Assembly (NCBI GenBank): GCA_963701965.1
Contig: OY969695.1
Span: 1,984,001 to 2,048,000 of the forward strand
Source: an uncultured Gemmatimonadales bacterium
GTDB taxonomy: Bacteria; Gemmatimonadota; Gemmatimonadetes; Gemmatimonadales; Gemmatimonadaceae
Direction: 5' to 3'
Length of the DNA stretch: 64,000 bases
The translations under genes were made by a program, and so were the position numbers. Below, one piece after another: positions 1 to 8,997 of this stretch. Numbering within the stretch: the stretch's first letter is position 1; each line of letters opens with the position of its first letter. The notes below the pieces were generated by a model. That model saw only the letters and a program-made list of their open reading frames with translations. It made no database searches and had not been told where the DNA came from.

Positions 1-318
1 GACTCGGCGGCGTCCACGAACCGGCTCAATGCGTTCGTGAACGGCCTCACGCCGTATGTGCAGGACGCGACGTTCCTCAAGCTGCGTAACGTCTCGTTGA
101 GCTACACGTTGCCCAAGGTCACGTACGGCTGGGCGCACGGGAAAATCGCCAGCGCCAAGCTGATTGCCAGCGGTTACAACTTGTTCAGCTGGTTCAAGTT
201 CCCGGGACTCGATCCTGAAGTCAGCGTCAACGGAAATCAGACAGTCACACGAGGGCAAGACATCACCCCATATCCGCCGGCCCGAAGCTACTTCCTCGGC
301 ATCGACCTGGGGCTCTGA
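1..318 (+). CDS. SusC/RagA-family TonB-dependent outer-membrane transporter, C-terminal fragment (runs off the window start)
   Basis: Frame open from base 1. C-terminal motifs YVQDATFLKLRNVSLSY, NLFSWFKFPGLDPEV and PYPPARSYFLGIDLGL match the ends of the other two SusC-like proteins here. Followed directly by a SusD-like lipoprotein. Confidence 0.93.
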   Translation, partial: DSAASTNRLNAFVNGLTPYVQDATFLKLRNVSLSYTLPKVTYGWAHGKIASAKLIASGYNLFSWFKFPGLDPEVSVNGNQTVTRGQDITPYPPARSYFLGIDLGL

Positions 319-320
319 TC

Positions 321-1886
321 ATGACACATACGAAACTGCGCGCCTCTTTCCTGGCGCTTGCGGCAGCCGCGGTAGCCTTCACGGCTTGCTCGGATACGAA
401 CGTCCCATTCTTCACCGCTCCGACCAGCGTGCCGAGCACGCCGCCGGGCGTGCAGAACGGCATGACCGGCTTGTTCGCCGGCTCGCGGAACGATGTCCAG
501 AGCTTCATTCTGGACATGACCGGGTACGGACGCCAAGGCGCCAACTTCACCAACACCGAGCCGCGGTTCATCACGTATGACCTCGGTGTCGTCCCGATTC
601 CGTCGCAGAGCGGCACGATCTGGACGAACGCGTTCGCCAATATCCTGCAGGCGCATCAGATCCTCGCGACACTGCCGTCGGTGATTCCGGCATATACGCC
701 GGCGCAGATCTCGGCGCTGACGGGCGTCGTGCAGACCATGATCGCCTACAACTACATGCACATGCAGATCGACCACGACTCCGGTGGTGGCACGATCCAG
801 CCGGCCACGACGGCGGCGAACACGCCGCTGCCCGCGGCGCTCTGCAATCAGGACATGTGGAAGTACATCGTGGCGTTGCTCGACTCGGGGAACGCCCAGC
901 TCAACACCGCTGGTGCCACGCCGATTCCCGTGAAGTTGCCGAACGGCTTCTCCGCGGTGAGTCAGGTTGCTGGACCCAGCACTGCCGCTGGCTCGTTCGC
1001 CGCGTTCAACCGGGCGCTTGCCGGTAAGGCGAACTTCGAGTTGGCGTACGCGCTCGCTCGTGGCCCTGGTGGCTCGGCCCCAACGGCGACCACGCCGGGG
1101 AGCCCCAACGTCGCGGCCCTGACCCGCGCGGATAGTGCGCTCACCAACTCGGCGCTCTACGCGCCGGGCGCCCTGGCGGCTGGACCTGCCGGGAGTTGGG
1201 CGGCCGATGCGCATAGCGTATTCTGGGACTTTTCCGCGACGTCGGGCGATCTCGTGAACCCGATGAATGCGCTGGTCGGAACGTATGTAATGCTCAAAGA
1301 ATTTGTCACGCTCGTCGACACGGCTGACCTGCGGTGGAAAGCGAAGTTCGCGCCGTACCCCGCGACGGTTCAGCAGCCGACGTACGCGCCGGTGGCGGTG
1401 CAGGTGTCCTATGCCATGTACGACCAACCGGGCAGCCTTATCCCGATCGTGCGGAACGAGGGCCTCGTCCTATGGCGTGCCCAGATTCAGCTCGGGCTGG
1501 GGAACTTGGCCACGGCCGCGGCCCTGACCGACCAGGTCCGTACCACGGTTGGTGGGGAGCCAGCGGGAACGACCGGGCCCACCACGGTCAGGAACTCGCT
1601 CGGAACCACGGTCACCTTCGCCAAAGTCGACCCGACCAGCTACACGTCGGTGCGCGACTACATCATGAGGGAACAGCAGGTCTCGACGGCGATCGAGGAT
1701 AACGGCGACCGGACGGCGGCGATTCGCGACTACCGGTTGGAGCTCGTCGCCGATACGACGTGGGATTCGTCGAACCCGACGATCAAGAAAGCAGCACCAA
1801 ACGGCGACCAGCACACGACCGTTGACCCCATCCCGTTCGCCGAGCTCTCGGCGCGCGGCGGAGCGTTTAACAAAACCTGCCCGTAA
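321..1886 (+). CDS. SusD/RagB-family surface lipoprotein (cassette 1)
   Basis: Lipobox AVAFTAC; PIVRNEGLVLWRAQ motif like the PIIRNEEL motif of the other SusDs; immediately downstream of susC. Confidence 0.88.
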   Translation: MTHTKLRASFLALAAAAVAFTACSDTNVPFFTAPTSVPSTPPGVQNGMTGLFAGSRNDVQSFILDMTGYGRQGANFTNTEPRFITYDLGVVPIPSQSGTIWTNAFANILQAHQILATLPSVIPAYTPAQISALTGVVQTMIAYNYMHMQIDHDSGGGTIQPATTAANTPLPAALCNQDMWKYIVALLDSGNAQLNTAGATPIPVKLPNGFSAVSQVAGPSTAAGSFAAFNRALAGKANFELAYALARGPGGSAPTATTPGSPNVAALTRADSALTNSALYAPGALAAGPAGSWAADAHSVFWDFSATSGDLVNPMNALVGTYVMLKEFVTLVDTADLRWKAKFAPYPATVQQPTYAPVAVQVSYAMYDQPGSLIPIVRNEGLVLWRAQIQLGLGNLATAAALTDQVRTTVGGEPAGTTGPTTVRNSLGTTVTFAKVDPTSYTSVRDYIMREQQVSTAIEDNGDRTAAIRDYRLELVADTTWDSSNPTIKKAAPNGDQHTTVDPIPFAELSARGGAFNKTCP

Positions 1887-1893
1887 TGCAATT

Positions 1894-2504
1894 GTGGGCA
1901 GGTTGCGGAATGCCCTAACCGTAGTAGGCGTGGCGTGCGCGGCCCTCTGGGCCGCGCCGCCCGCCGAGGCGCATAACGCGGCCCGCATAACGCGGCCTCG
2001 CATAACGCGGCCTCGCATAACGCGGCCTCGCATAACGCGGCCTCGCATAGCGCTGGATCCGAGGGGCGCGCGTGTCGCCCGCCGCTGTACAAGATCGACC
2101 TCCTCCCCCTCGATGAATCGGTCGCCGGCAAGGGTGTCGCCAGCATAGAGCCCGCCGTGACCCCGTTCGGGATGGCCCTGACCCCCGACGGACATGTGAT
2201 CTACGACGTCCACATCTCGCTCTCCAACCTGCCGCCGGCCTCCGAGTTGGGCGGCGCCGAATACGTTGCGTGGGTGACCTCGCCGGATCTCGACCGCGCC
2301 GAGCGGTTGAGCCCCATCGGCCACGATGGCACGGCGCAGGGACGCGTGACGATGAACAAGTTCATCATCTTGGTCACCGCCGAGCACACGCCGGTCGGGG
2401 CCCATTGGACCGGCCGCGTCGCGCTGCGCGGGTTCTCGCCAAGCACCTTTCTGCAGAACTTCTCCAGCGAAGAACTGTTCCTGGGCGGCACACCGCCATG
2501 CTGA
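1894..2504 (+). CDS. Small secreted RskA-C-like protein with N-terminal HNAAS repeats; frameshifted at ~1984
   Basis: GTG at 1894 opens a signal peptide (VGRLRNALTVVGVACAALWAAPPAEA). After a 1-nt shift the frame reads (HNAAS)n-HSAGSEGRACRPPLYKIDLLP... into ORF 2157..2504, which is clearly paralogous to 13548..14030. Stop overlaps the MCO start. Confidence 0.75.
1971..2053 (+). repeat. 15-bp tandem repeat GCATAACGCGGCCTC (one 14-nt unit, four perfect units, one partial unit)
   Basis: Read directly: units at 1971 (14 nt), 1985, 2000, 2015, 2030 and a partial at 2045. Confidence 0.97.
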
Positions 2505-4168
2505 GGCGCCTGTTGGCGATCGCATGGCTGCTGCCGATCGCCGTTCGGGCGCAACAGATGTCCGGCATGGACATGTCCGGTATGGATATGTCGGGCGACA
2601 CCGCGGCCGACCGCGCGCCGCCGATGCCCAAGGGCATGCCGATGATGCCGGGCATGGTCGGGAAAGGTCCGAGCATCGTCCAGTATCTGCCGGCCGACGC
2701 CGCCAGCATCAAAGCCGCCGTCCCGAGCACCGTGGTGACGGTCGCCAACGGCGACACGTTCAACCTAGACGCCAGCCTCGTCCGCCGAACGATCAACGGT
2801 CGCACGTTCGTCATGTACGGGTTCAACGGACAGTACCCGGGTCCGATGATCCGGGTGAAACAGCAGTCCACGATCACCGTGCGGTTCACCAATCACTTGG
2901 ACATGCCGTCGTCCGTGCACTGGCATGGCATTCGGTTGGACAACCAGTACGACGGCGCCGTCGGCGTCACGCAGGACGCGGTCCCACCCGGCGGGACCTT
3001 TGTCTACACGGTCCGGTTTCCGGATGCGGGTTTGTACTGGTACCACCCCCACGTGCGGGAGGACATCGAGCAGAATCTCGGATTGTACGGGAACCTGCTC
3101 GTCGACTCGCCGGATGCCAACTATTACAACCCCGTCAATGCCGAGCGCGCGCTCATCCTGAGCGATCTCTTGATCGACAAGAAGGGGCTTTTCCCGTACG
3201 GGAAGGACACGCCCGACTTCACGATCATGGGGCGCTTCGGAAACGTGATGCTGGTCAACGGCGAGCCACGGTACGCGCTCACGGCACACAAAGGAGACGT
3301 CGTGCGGCTCATGCTGACCGACGTGTCCAGCACGCGGAGCTACAACCTGAGTCTAGGCGGGGCCAAGCTCAAGCTCGTCGCCGCCGACGTCAGCCGCTAC
3401 GAGCACGAACAGATGGTCGACAACGTGACCATCGTGCCCGCGGAGCGCTACGTCGTGGATGCCAAGTTCGACAGCGCGGGCACCTTCGCGTTGACCAATC
3501 GCGTGCAGGCGCTGAACAACTTCTTGGGCGAGTACTCACCCGAGATCGACACGCTGGCGATCGTGACTGTCGATCCGACTCCGTCGGCGACGAGTTACGC
3601 CAAGGAGTTCGCGACGCTCCGGACCAACGCCGACGTCGCGTCCGAGATCGCGCGGTTCAAGGAGGCTTTCACCAAGGCGCCGGACAAGGAACTGGAGCTC
3701 ACGGTCAACATCCAGGGGCTGCCGACGCCGATCGTGGCGCTGATGGCCATCGACACGTCGTACTACTCGCCCGTCGAGTGGAACGACGGCATGCCCGACA
3801 TGAATTGGGTGTCGACGGCCAAGCAAGTGCGGTGGATCATGCGCGACAAGGCCACCGGCAAGGAAGACATGGACATCGACTGGCACTTCAAGAAGGGCGA
3901 TATGGTGAAGATCCGGATCCATAACGACCCCCAGTCGATCCACCCCATGGGCCATCCCCTGCACTTCCACGGTCAGCGCTTTCTGATCATCTCCCGCAAC
4001 GGCATACCCAACCCGTATCTGGCCTGGAAGGATACCGAGCTCATTCCCGTCGGGGAGACCGTCGACATCCTGCTCGACGCGTCGAACCCCGGGCGCTGGA
4101 TGGCGCACTGCCACATTGCCGAGCATCTCGAGGCCGGCATGCACCTCGTGTTCACCGTGGATCCATAG
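2498..4168 (+). CDS. Three-domain multicopper oxidase with Met-rich N-terminus (MCO1)
   Basis: All four Cu-ligand motifs present: HWHG, WYHPH, HPLHFHG, HCHIAEHLEAGM. Signal peptide followed by QMSGMDMSGMDMSG...PPMPKGMPMMPGM. ATG at 2498 overlaps the upstream stop. Confidence 0.95.
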   Translation: MLRRLLAIAWLLPIAVRAQQMSGMDMSGMDMSGDTAADRAPPMPKGMPMMPGMVGKGPSIVQYLPADAASIKAAVPSTVVTVANGDTFNLDASLVRRTINGRTFVMYGFNGQYPGPMIRVKQQSTITVRFTNHLDMPSSVHWHGIRLDNQYDGAVGVTQDAVPPGGTFVYTVRFPDAGLYWYHPHVREDIEQNLGLYGNLLVDSPDANYYNPVNAERALILSDLLIDKKGLFPYGKDTPDFTIMGRFGNVMLVNGEPRYALTAHKGDVVRLMLTDVSSTRSYNLSLGGAKLKLVAADVSRYEHEQMVDNVTIVPAERYVVDAKFDSAGTFALTNRVQALNNFLGEYSPEIDTLAIVTVDPTPSATSYAKEFATLRTNADVASEIARFKEAFTKAPDKELELTVNIQGLPTPIVALMAIDTSYYSPVEWNDGMPDMNWVSTAKQVRWIMRDKATGKEDMDIDWHFKKGDMVKIRIHNDPQSIHPMGHPLHFHGQRFLIISRNGIPNPYLAWKDTELIPVGETVDILLDASNPGRWMAHCHIAEHLEAGMHLVFTVDP

Positions 4169-4184
4169 GAGGAGGTCGCTACTG

Positions 4185-5585
4185 ATGCACAAACGTGTTC
4201 TGATCGCAGCCGCGCTCGTGCCTGTGCTCGCCCTGGCCCAACAAGGTCAGGGGGCGCCCGGCGTGTTGCCCAACGTCAAGAGTGGAGGGAGCACCAATAT
4301 CCATCTCTTGGGTCACGTCCCGTTGGGCGGGTTTTTCCGCGTCATGGACGATGAGATCGAACAGGACCCAGGCCGGCCCTACGCCTACGTATCGCAGGCG
4401 CACGATCGGCCGGGCTTCACGATCATGGACCTGCACGATCTGAATCACATCCACGTCCTGTACAACTGGCGCATCGAGAACGCCGACCTGCACAAAGGAC
4501 TCGGCGGCATGGACGGCAAGTACTTCAAGATCAAGGGCAAGTACTACTACGAGCAGTCTCTGCAGTTCATGCAGGGTGGTCCTGACGCCGATCTCGGCGC
4601 GGTCATCGCCGACGTCACGGGTCTGCCCGACACCAACAAGATCAAGATCGTGGCGCGGCTCCGTGAACCGGACCACCCGGGCGGCTTCCACAATACGTTC
4701 GTCTACAAGCACTCCGACGGGCGCGTCCTCCTGTTCAATACGTTGAACGCGCCGTTCGTCGAGATCTGGGATTTGGAAAAAGTTCTGGCGTCACCCGATA
4801 ACCCGAAGGCCGGTCTGATTGGACAGGTGCCGGTCCCCGGGGGAGAATCGAACGACCGCATGGGCCGCTACGGCTACCATGACTTCTATCTGGGTTACGA
4901 TCCCGCGACCCACCAGGACAAGTTCTACGGCGCGGGACGCGGTGGGTACTACATCTTCGACGTGACCGATCCCACGCAGCCCAAGCTCCTGACGTCGATC
5001 ACGGGTTCGGCGGGTATCGAGTTCGGTCACACGTTCACGCCGACGCCCGACGGCAAGTACGCGGTCGCCGAGACCGAGTACGAGTACGCGCCGCTCCGCA
5101 TCTTCGATCTGCAGCCGGGCTTGAGCGGTCAGGTGCAGGCCATCACGCGGCCAATCGGCGCCTGGACGGCCGACTGGCACGATCTCGCGCACAACCACGA
5201 GATCCGCTGGCCCTACGTGTTCGTCTCCGCGTACGAAGATGGGCTCCAGATCTTCAATATGATCGATCCCAAGAACCCGGTGACGGTCGGCTGGTACTAC
5301 ACCTGCCAGTGCGCCCATGAGACCGGCTTTGGCGGGATCCCGGCCTGGAACGGCACCAGCGTCGAGAACGGCGCGTTCGGCATCGACATCCGGAACTACG
5401 ACGGCGTGATCATGATCAGCGATGCCAACACCGGGGTATGGTTCTTCAAGTTGGATGGCTTCGACGGATGGAACGGCACCGACTGGGGGATGCCGAACAT
5501 CTCGAGCGTGCAGGACTACGATCACGGACCACCGGGCGCCAGCGGGCAGAAGAAAATGGCGCAGGCCACGCCCGGCGTACAGTAA
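4185..5585 (+). CDS. Secreted LVIVD-repeat-like beta-propeller protein (cassette 1)
   Basis: Strong RBS AGGAGGAGG at 4167-4175; signal peptide; blade-like repeats (YYIFDVTDPTQPKLLTSI, YVFVSAYEDGLQIFNMIDPKNPVTVGWY); paralog of 15714..17120. Confidence 0.75.
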   Translation: MHKRVLIAAALVPVLALAQQGQGAPGVLPNVKSGGSTNIHLLGHVPLGGFFRVMDDEIEQDPGRPYAYVSQAHDRPGFTIMDLHDLNHIHVLYNWRIENADLHKGLGGMDGKYFKIKGKYYYEQSLQFMQGGPDADLGAVIADVTGLPDTNKIKIVARLREPDHPGGFHNTFVYKHSDGRVLLFNTLNAPFVEIWDLEKVLASPDNPKAGLIGQVPVPGGESNDRMGRYGYHDFYLGYDPATHQDKFYGAGRGGYYIFDVTDPTQPKLLTSITGSAGIEFGHTFTPTPDGKYAVAETEYEYAPLRIFDLQPGLSGQVQAITRPIGAWTADWHDLAHNHEIRWPYVFVSAYEDGLQIFNMIDPKNPVTVGWYYTCQCAHETGFGGIPAWNGTSVENGAFGIDIRNYDGVIMISDANTGVWFFKLDGFDGWNGTDWGMPNISSVQDYDHGPPGASGQKKMAQATPGVQ

Positions 5586-5602
5586 CAGGGCTGCTGGGCA
5601 GG

Positions 5603-5638
5603 ACAACGGGCGGCAGAGGGTACTCTGCCGCCCGTTGT
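5603..5638 (+). terminator. Perfect 16-bp stem-loop (ACAACGGGCGGCAGAG-GGTA-CTCTGCCGCCCGTTGT); terminator or mRNA-stabilising hairpin
   Basis: Inverted repeat read directly, 17 nt after the LVIVD1 stop; weak U-tract. Confidence 0.6.
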
Positions 5639-5670
5639 GCATCGCGGCACCGTCGCGTTACTTCGACGCC

Positions 5671-7743
5671 ATGCGCGGGCGACTCGCTCGTACTCTGTTG
5701 CTGGTCATCGCCGTCGCCTGGGCCGCCACGGCGCGTGGTCAGGTGTGCGATGCCGGCGACCGCGCGCTCGCCGCGAGCCGCGACCTTTATTGCCTCACGC
5801 TCGTTCCCGCCGCCGGCTTCGACGGCGCGCGCGGACACGTGGAGCTGGGGCGGATCGCCGGACCGTTCACGGTCGCCGTCACCGCCGACGGCAACCCGCT
5901 CTACGAACCGGTCATCACCATCACCGGCCTCTCGCCCACCGCGCGGTACGAAGCCTGGGTTTCACCGCCGACCATGTACCCCATGGAGAGCCTCGGCGCG
6001 GTGACGAACGGCCGCACCAGCCTGCGGCGCGTGGGTATCGACCCATTCGTCCTGCTGGTCAAAGAGGTGCCGAGCGGCCGTCTCGTGCTCCGCGGCCAGT
6101 CGCCCAGTTCGCGGCTCCAGCCCGCCGATTTTCTGCAGTTCGCGGTCGGCGCCGTACCCGACTCCACTCCGCCGCCGCCCGTTGATACCGCGGCGGTCCG
6201 CTGGACGACCGTGCCAATGTCTCCGGGGATCCCGATGCTGGCCGCCGAGATGGCGCTCCGCCCCTCGGTAGCCGCGACGCTCCCCCACCCGGAGGGCCCA
6301 GTGCCCAACGCCCGCCCGCACACGATCGTGCGCCTCGCCGACGGCGACACGTTGCATTTGCGCGCGGGTCTCGTGCACCGGACGATCCGCGGACGGCCCG
6401 CGGTCATGTACGCGTACAACGGTCAGATCCCCGGCCCGCTGATCGTTGTCCCCCAGGGGGCCGAGATCACGGTCGACTTCGCGAATCATCTCGATCAACC
6501 GACGAGCGTGCACTGGCATGGCGTCCGGCTGGACAACGCATCCGACGGCGTCCCGGGGTTGACCCAGCCGCCGATCGCGCCGGGTAGCCACTTCACGTAT
6601 CGCGTGCGGTTTCCCGACGCCGGGACCTACTGGTATCACCCGCACGTGCGCGAGGACACGCAGCAAGATCTCGGACTCTACGGCAACATCGTCGTCGAAC
6701 CGCGCGGCGGCGCGCTACTACCGCGCGAGCAGGTACTCATGCTCGATGACATCTCGGTGACGGCCGACGGCCTCGTGCCTTACGGACGCGACGCCGCGAC
6801 GCACGCGCTCATGGGTCGCTTTGGCAATGTCCTGCTCGTGAACGGGGAACCGGCCTATCATCTCACCGCTCGGCGCGGCGAGGTCGTGCAGTTCCGCCTC
6901 ACGAACGCCTCGAACACGCGCGTCTTCAATCTGTCATTTCCCGGCGCCCGCATGAAGGTCGTGGGCAGCGACGCGGGAATGTTCGAGCGCCCGGAATGGG
7001 TCGAAAGCGTCGTCATCGCGCCCGCCGAGCGGTACATCGTGCAAGTGCGGTTCGACACCCCCGGTCGTGTGCCGTTCGTCAACCGCGTGCGCTCGCTCGA
7101 TCATCTCTTTGGCCGCTTTCTCACGCTGGCCGACACCCTGGGCATCGTCCACGTGCGGTCACCGTCCGTGCCTCGTGACGCGGGCTTCGACCGGCTTGTC
7201 GCCGACCGTCGGATGACCGCCGACATCGAGCGCCTTCGGCCGTATTTCCAGCGGCTACCCGATCACACGCTGCTCCTGACGCTCGAGACCCACGATCTCC
7301 CCTTCGTCACCCGCCAGCTCATGCTGCTCGACTCTGTGTACTTCACGCCTGTGGAGTGGACGGAGAGCATGCCCAACATGAACTGGGCGGCGACCAGCGA
7401 TCAGGTACGCTGGGTGTTGCGCGACCCGGCAACCGGCCGGGAGAACATGGACATCGACTGGACCTTTCGCCGGGACACGGTCATCACGCTGCGGCTGGTC
7501 AACGACCGGAACACGCTCCATGGCATGCAGCACCCGATCCACATCCACGGCCAGCGCTTTCTCGTCCTCGCCGTGAATGGCGTGCCCAATACGAACCTGG
7601 TGTGGAAAGACACCGTCCTGGTGCCGGCGGGAGCGGCCGTGGACATCCTGCTCGACTTGTCCAACCCCGGCCAATGGATGATCCACTGCCACATCGCCGA
7701 GCACCTGACCGCCCAGATGATGGCCGCCTTCACGGTGGAGTGA
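5671..7743 (+). CDS. Multicopper oxidase with fused N-terminal RskA-C-like domain (MCO2)
   Basis: Motifs HWHG, WYHPH, HPIHIHG, HCHIAEHLTAQM. Signal peptide. The N-terminal ~130 aa align by eye with the small proteins at 1894..2504 and 13548..14030. Confidence 0.93.
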   Translation: MRGRLARTLLLVIAVAWAATARGQVCDAGDRALAASRDLYCLTLVPAAGFDGARGHVELGRIAGPFTVAVTADGNPLYEPVITITGLSPTARYEAWVSPPTMYPMESLGAVTNGRTSLRRVGIDPFVLLVKEVPSGRLVLRGQSPSSRLQPADFLQFAVGAVPDSTPPPPVDTAAVRWTTVPMSPGIPMLAAEMALRPSVAATLPHPEGPVPNARPHTIVRLADGDTLHLRAGLVHRTIRGRPAVMYAYNGQIPGPLIVVPQGAEITVDFANHLDQPTSVHWHGVRLDNASDGVPGLTQPPIAPGSHFTYRVRFPDAGTYWYHPHVREDTQQDLGLYGNIVVEPRGGALLPREQVLMLDDISVTADGLVPYGRDAATHALMGRFGNVLLVNGEPAYHLTARRGEVVQFRLTNASNTRVFNLSFPGARMKVVGSDAGMFERPEWVESVVIAPAERYIVQVRFDTPGRVPFVNRVRSLDHLFGRFLTLADTLGIVHVRSPSVPRDAGFDRLVADRRMTADIERLRPYFQRLPDHTLLLTLETHDLPFVTRQLMLLDSVYFTPVEWTESMPNMNWAATSDQVRWVLRDPATGRENMDIDWTFRRDTVITLRLVNDRNTLHGMQHPIHIHGQRFLVLAVNGVPNTNLVWKDTVLVPAGAAVDILLDLSNPGQWMIHCHIAEHLTAQMMAAFTVE

Positions 7744-7785
7744 TTACGTTTCGCGTACGACCGCCCATACCCGAGGAGAGCTCCT

Positions 7786-8958
7786 ATGGCAGATCAGCAC
7801 GGCGACGCGAATATCACGCGCCGCGGTTTCGCATCGTTGACCGGTCTCGCGGCGCTGGGCGCGATGTCGCGGGGCGGTCTCGAGCGGCCGATGACGCTCG
7901 CCGAGCGGGTCATGGCCGCGCCAGCGGAGCCCATTCCGGCGTTTACGTACAACATTGAGAATCAGACGGGGAAGGTGACCGAGGGCGGGTCGGGCAAGGA
8001 GGCGACCGTCAAAGAGTTCGCCATCTCCGAGGGGCTGGCCGGGGTGTCCATGCGCCTCAAGCCGGGCGGTTTGCGCGAGCTGCACTGGCACGCCCTGGCG
8101 GCGGAATGGGCATTCATGATCAAGGGCCGTTGCCAGATCACCGTGTTCGATCCCGACGGGCGCATGGAGCGGGTGGATTTCGCGCCGGGTGACATCTGGT
8201 ATTTCCCCCGCGGGTATGGCCACTCGCTGCAGGGCCTGGGTCCCGAGGAGACGCACTTCATTTTGATCTTCGACAACGGCCATTTCTCCGAGTACGGCAC
8301 CTTCAGCGTGACGGATTGGATGTCGTTGACTGCTCCCAAAGTGGTGGCCCAGAACTTCGGGATGCCGGCGTCCACGTTCGCCAACATCCCGAAGAAGGAG
8401 ATGTATATCGGCCAGGGGCGCGTGCCGGCGCCCGTACCGGCCGATCCCCCGGCGGGATCGGACCGAGAGGGGGCGTTGTCGCACCGCTATCGGTTGATGG
8501 CGCAGGTGCCCCATGAGTTCCCCGGTGGCACGCTGCGGGTGGCCTCGTCGGTCGAGTTTCCAATGTCGACGACCATGACCGGCGCGTACATGACCATCGC
8601 GCCCGGCGGGCTTCGGGCCATGCATTGGCATCCCAACGCCGACGAGTGGCAGTACTACCTGCAGGGGCGGGCGCGGGTGACGCTCTTTGGATCGAGCGGG
8701 CGGTCCCGCACCGAGGAGGTGGGACCGGGCGAGGTGGTCTACATCCCGCGCGGGTTCGGGCACCACATCGAGAGCATCGGGGCCGAGGAGGCGCACGTGG
8801 TGATCGGCTTCAACTCCGGCATCTACCAGGAGTCGAGCTTCTCCCAGTGGCTGCGCTCGGTTCCGCCCGAGCTGGTGACCGACAACTTCGGGATTCCCGA
8901 ACAGGTGGTGAGTGCATTCCCGAAGTCCACGCTCCCGATTGTGGGCGCCGGGCAGTAG
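7786..8958 (+). CDS. oxdC: Bicupin oxalate decarboxylase-family protein with Tat signal
   Basis: Two cupin Mn-binding motifs (RELHWHALAAEW, RAMHWHPNADEWQY); lid-like FSEYGTF; twin-arginine TRRGFA; RBS GAGGAG upstream. Confidence 0.85.
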   Translation: MADQHGDANITRRGFASLTGLAALGAMSRGGLERPMTLAERVMAAPAEPIPAFTYNIENQTGKVTEGGSGKEATVKEFAISEGLAGVSMRLKPGGLRELHWHALAAEWAFMIKGRCQITVFDPDGRMERVDFAPGDIWYFPRGYGHSLQGLGPEETHFILIFDNGHFSEYGTFSVTDWMSLTAPKVVAQNFGMPASTFANIPKKEMYIGQGRVPAPVPADPPAGSDREGALSHRYRLMAQVPHEFPGGTLRVASSVEFPMSTTMTGAYMTIAPGGLRAMHWHPNADEWQYYLQGRARVTLFGSSGRSRTEEVGPGEVVYIPRGFGHHIESIGAEEAHVVIGFNSGIYQESSFSQWLRSVPPELVTDNFGIPEQVVSAFPKSTLPIVGAGQ

Positions 8959-8997
8959 CGTTCAAGCGCGGTCCCTAGCGTTCAAAAACAGAAACGG

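Noticed and set aside
1971..2053. Possible CRISPR array or the track's RITRP/EAALC repeat ORFs (1822..2148, 1730..2146)
   Set aside because: No spacers. The HNAAS frame joins a signal peptide to a domain with a clear paralog, so the other frames are shadows.
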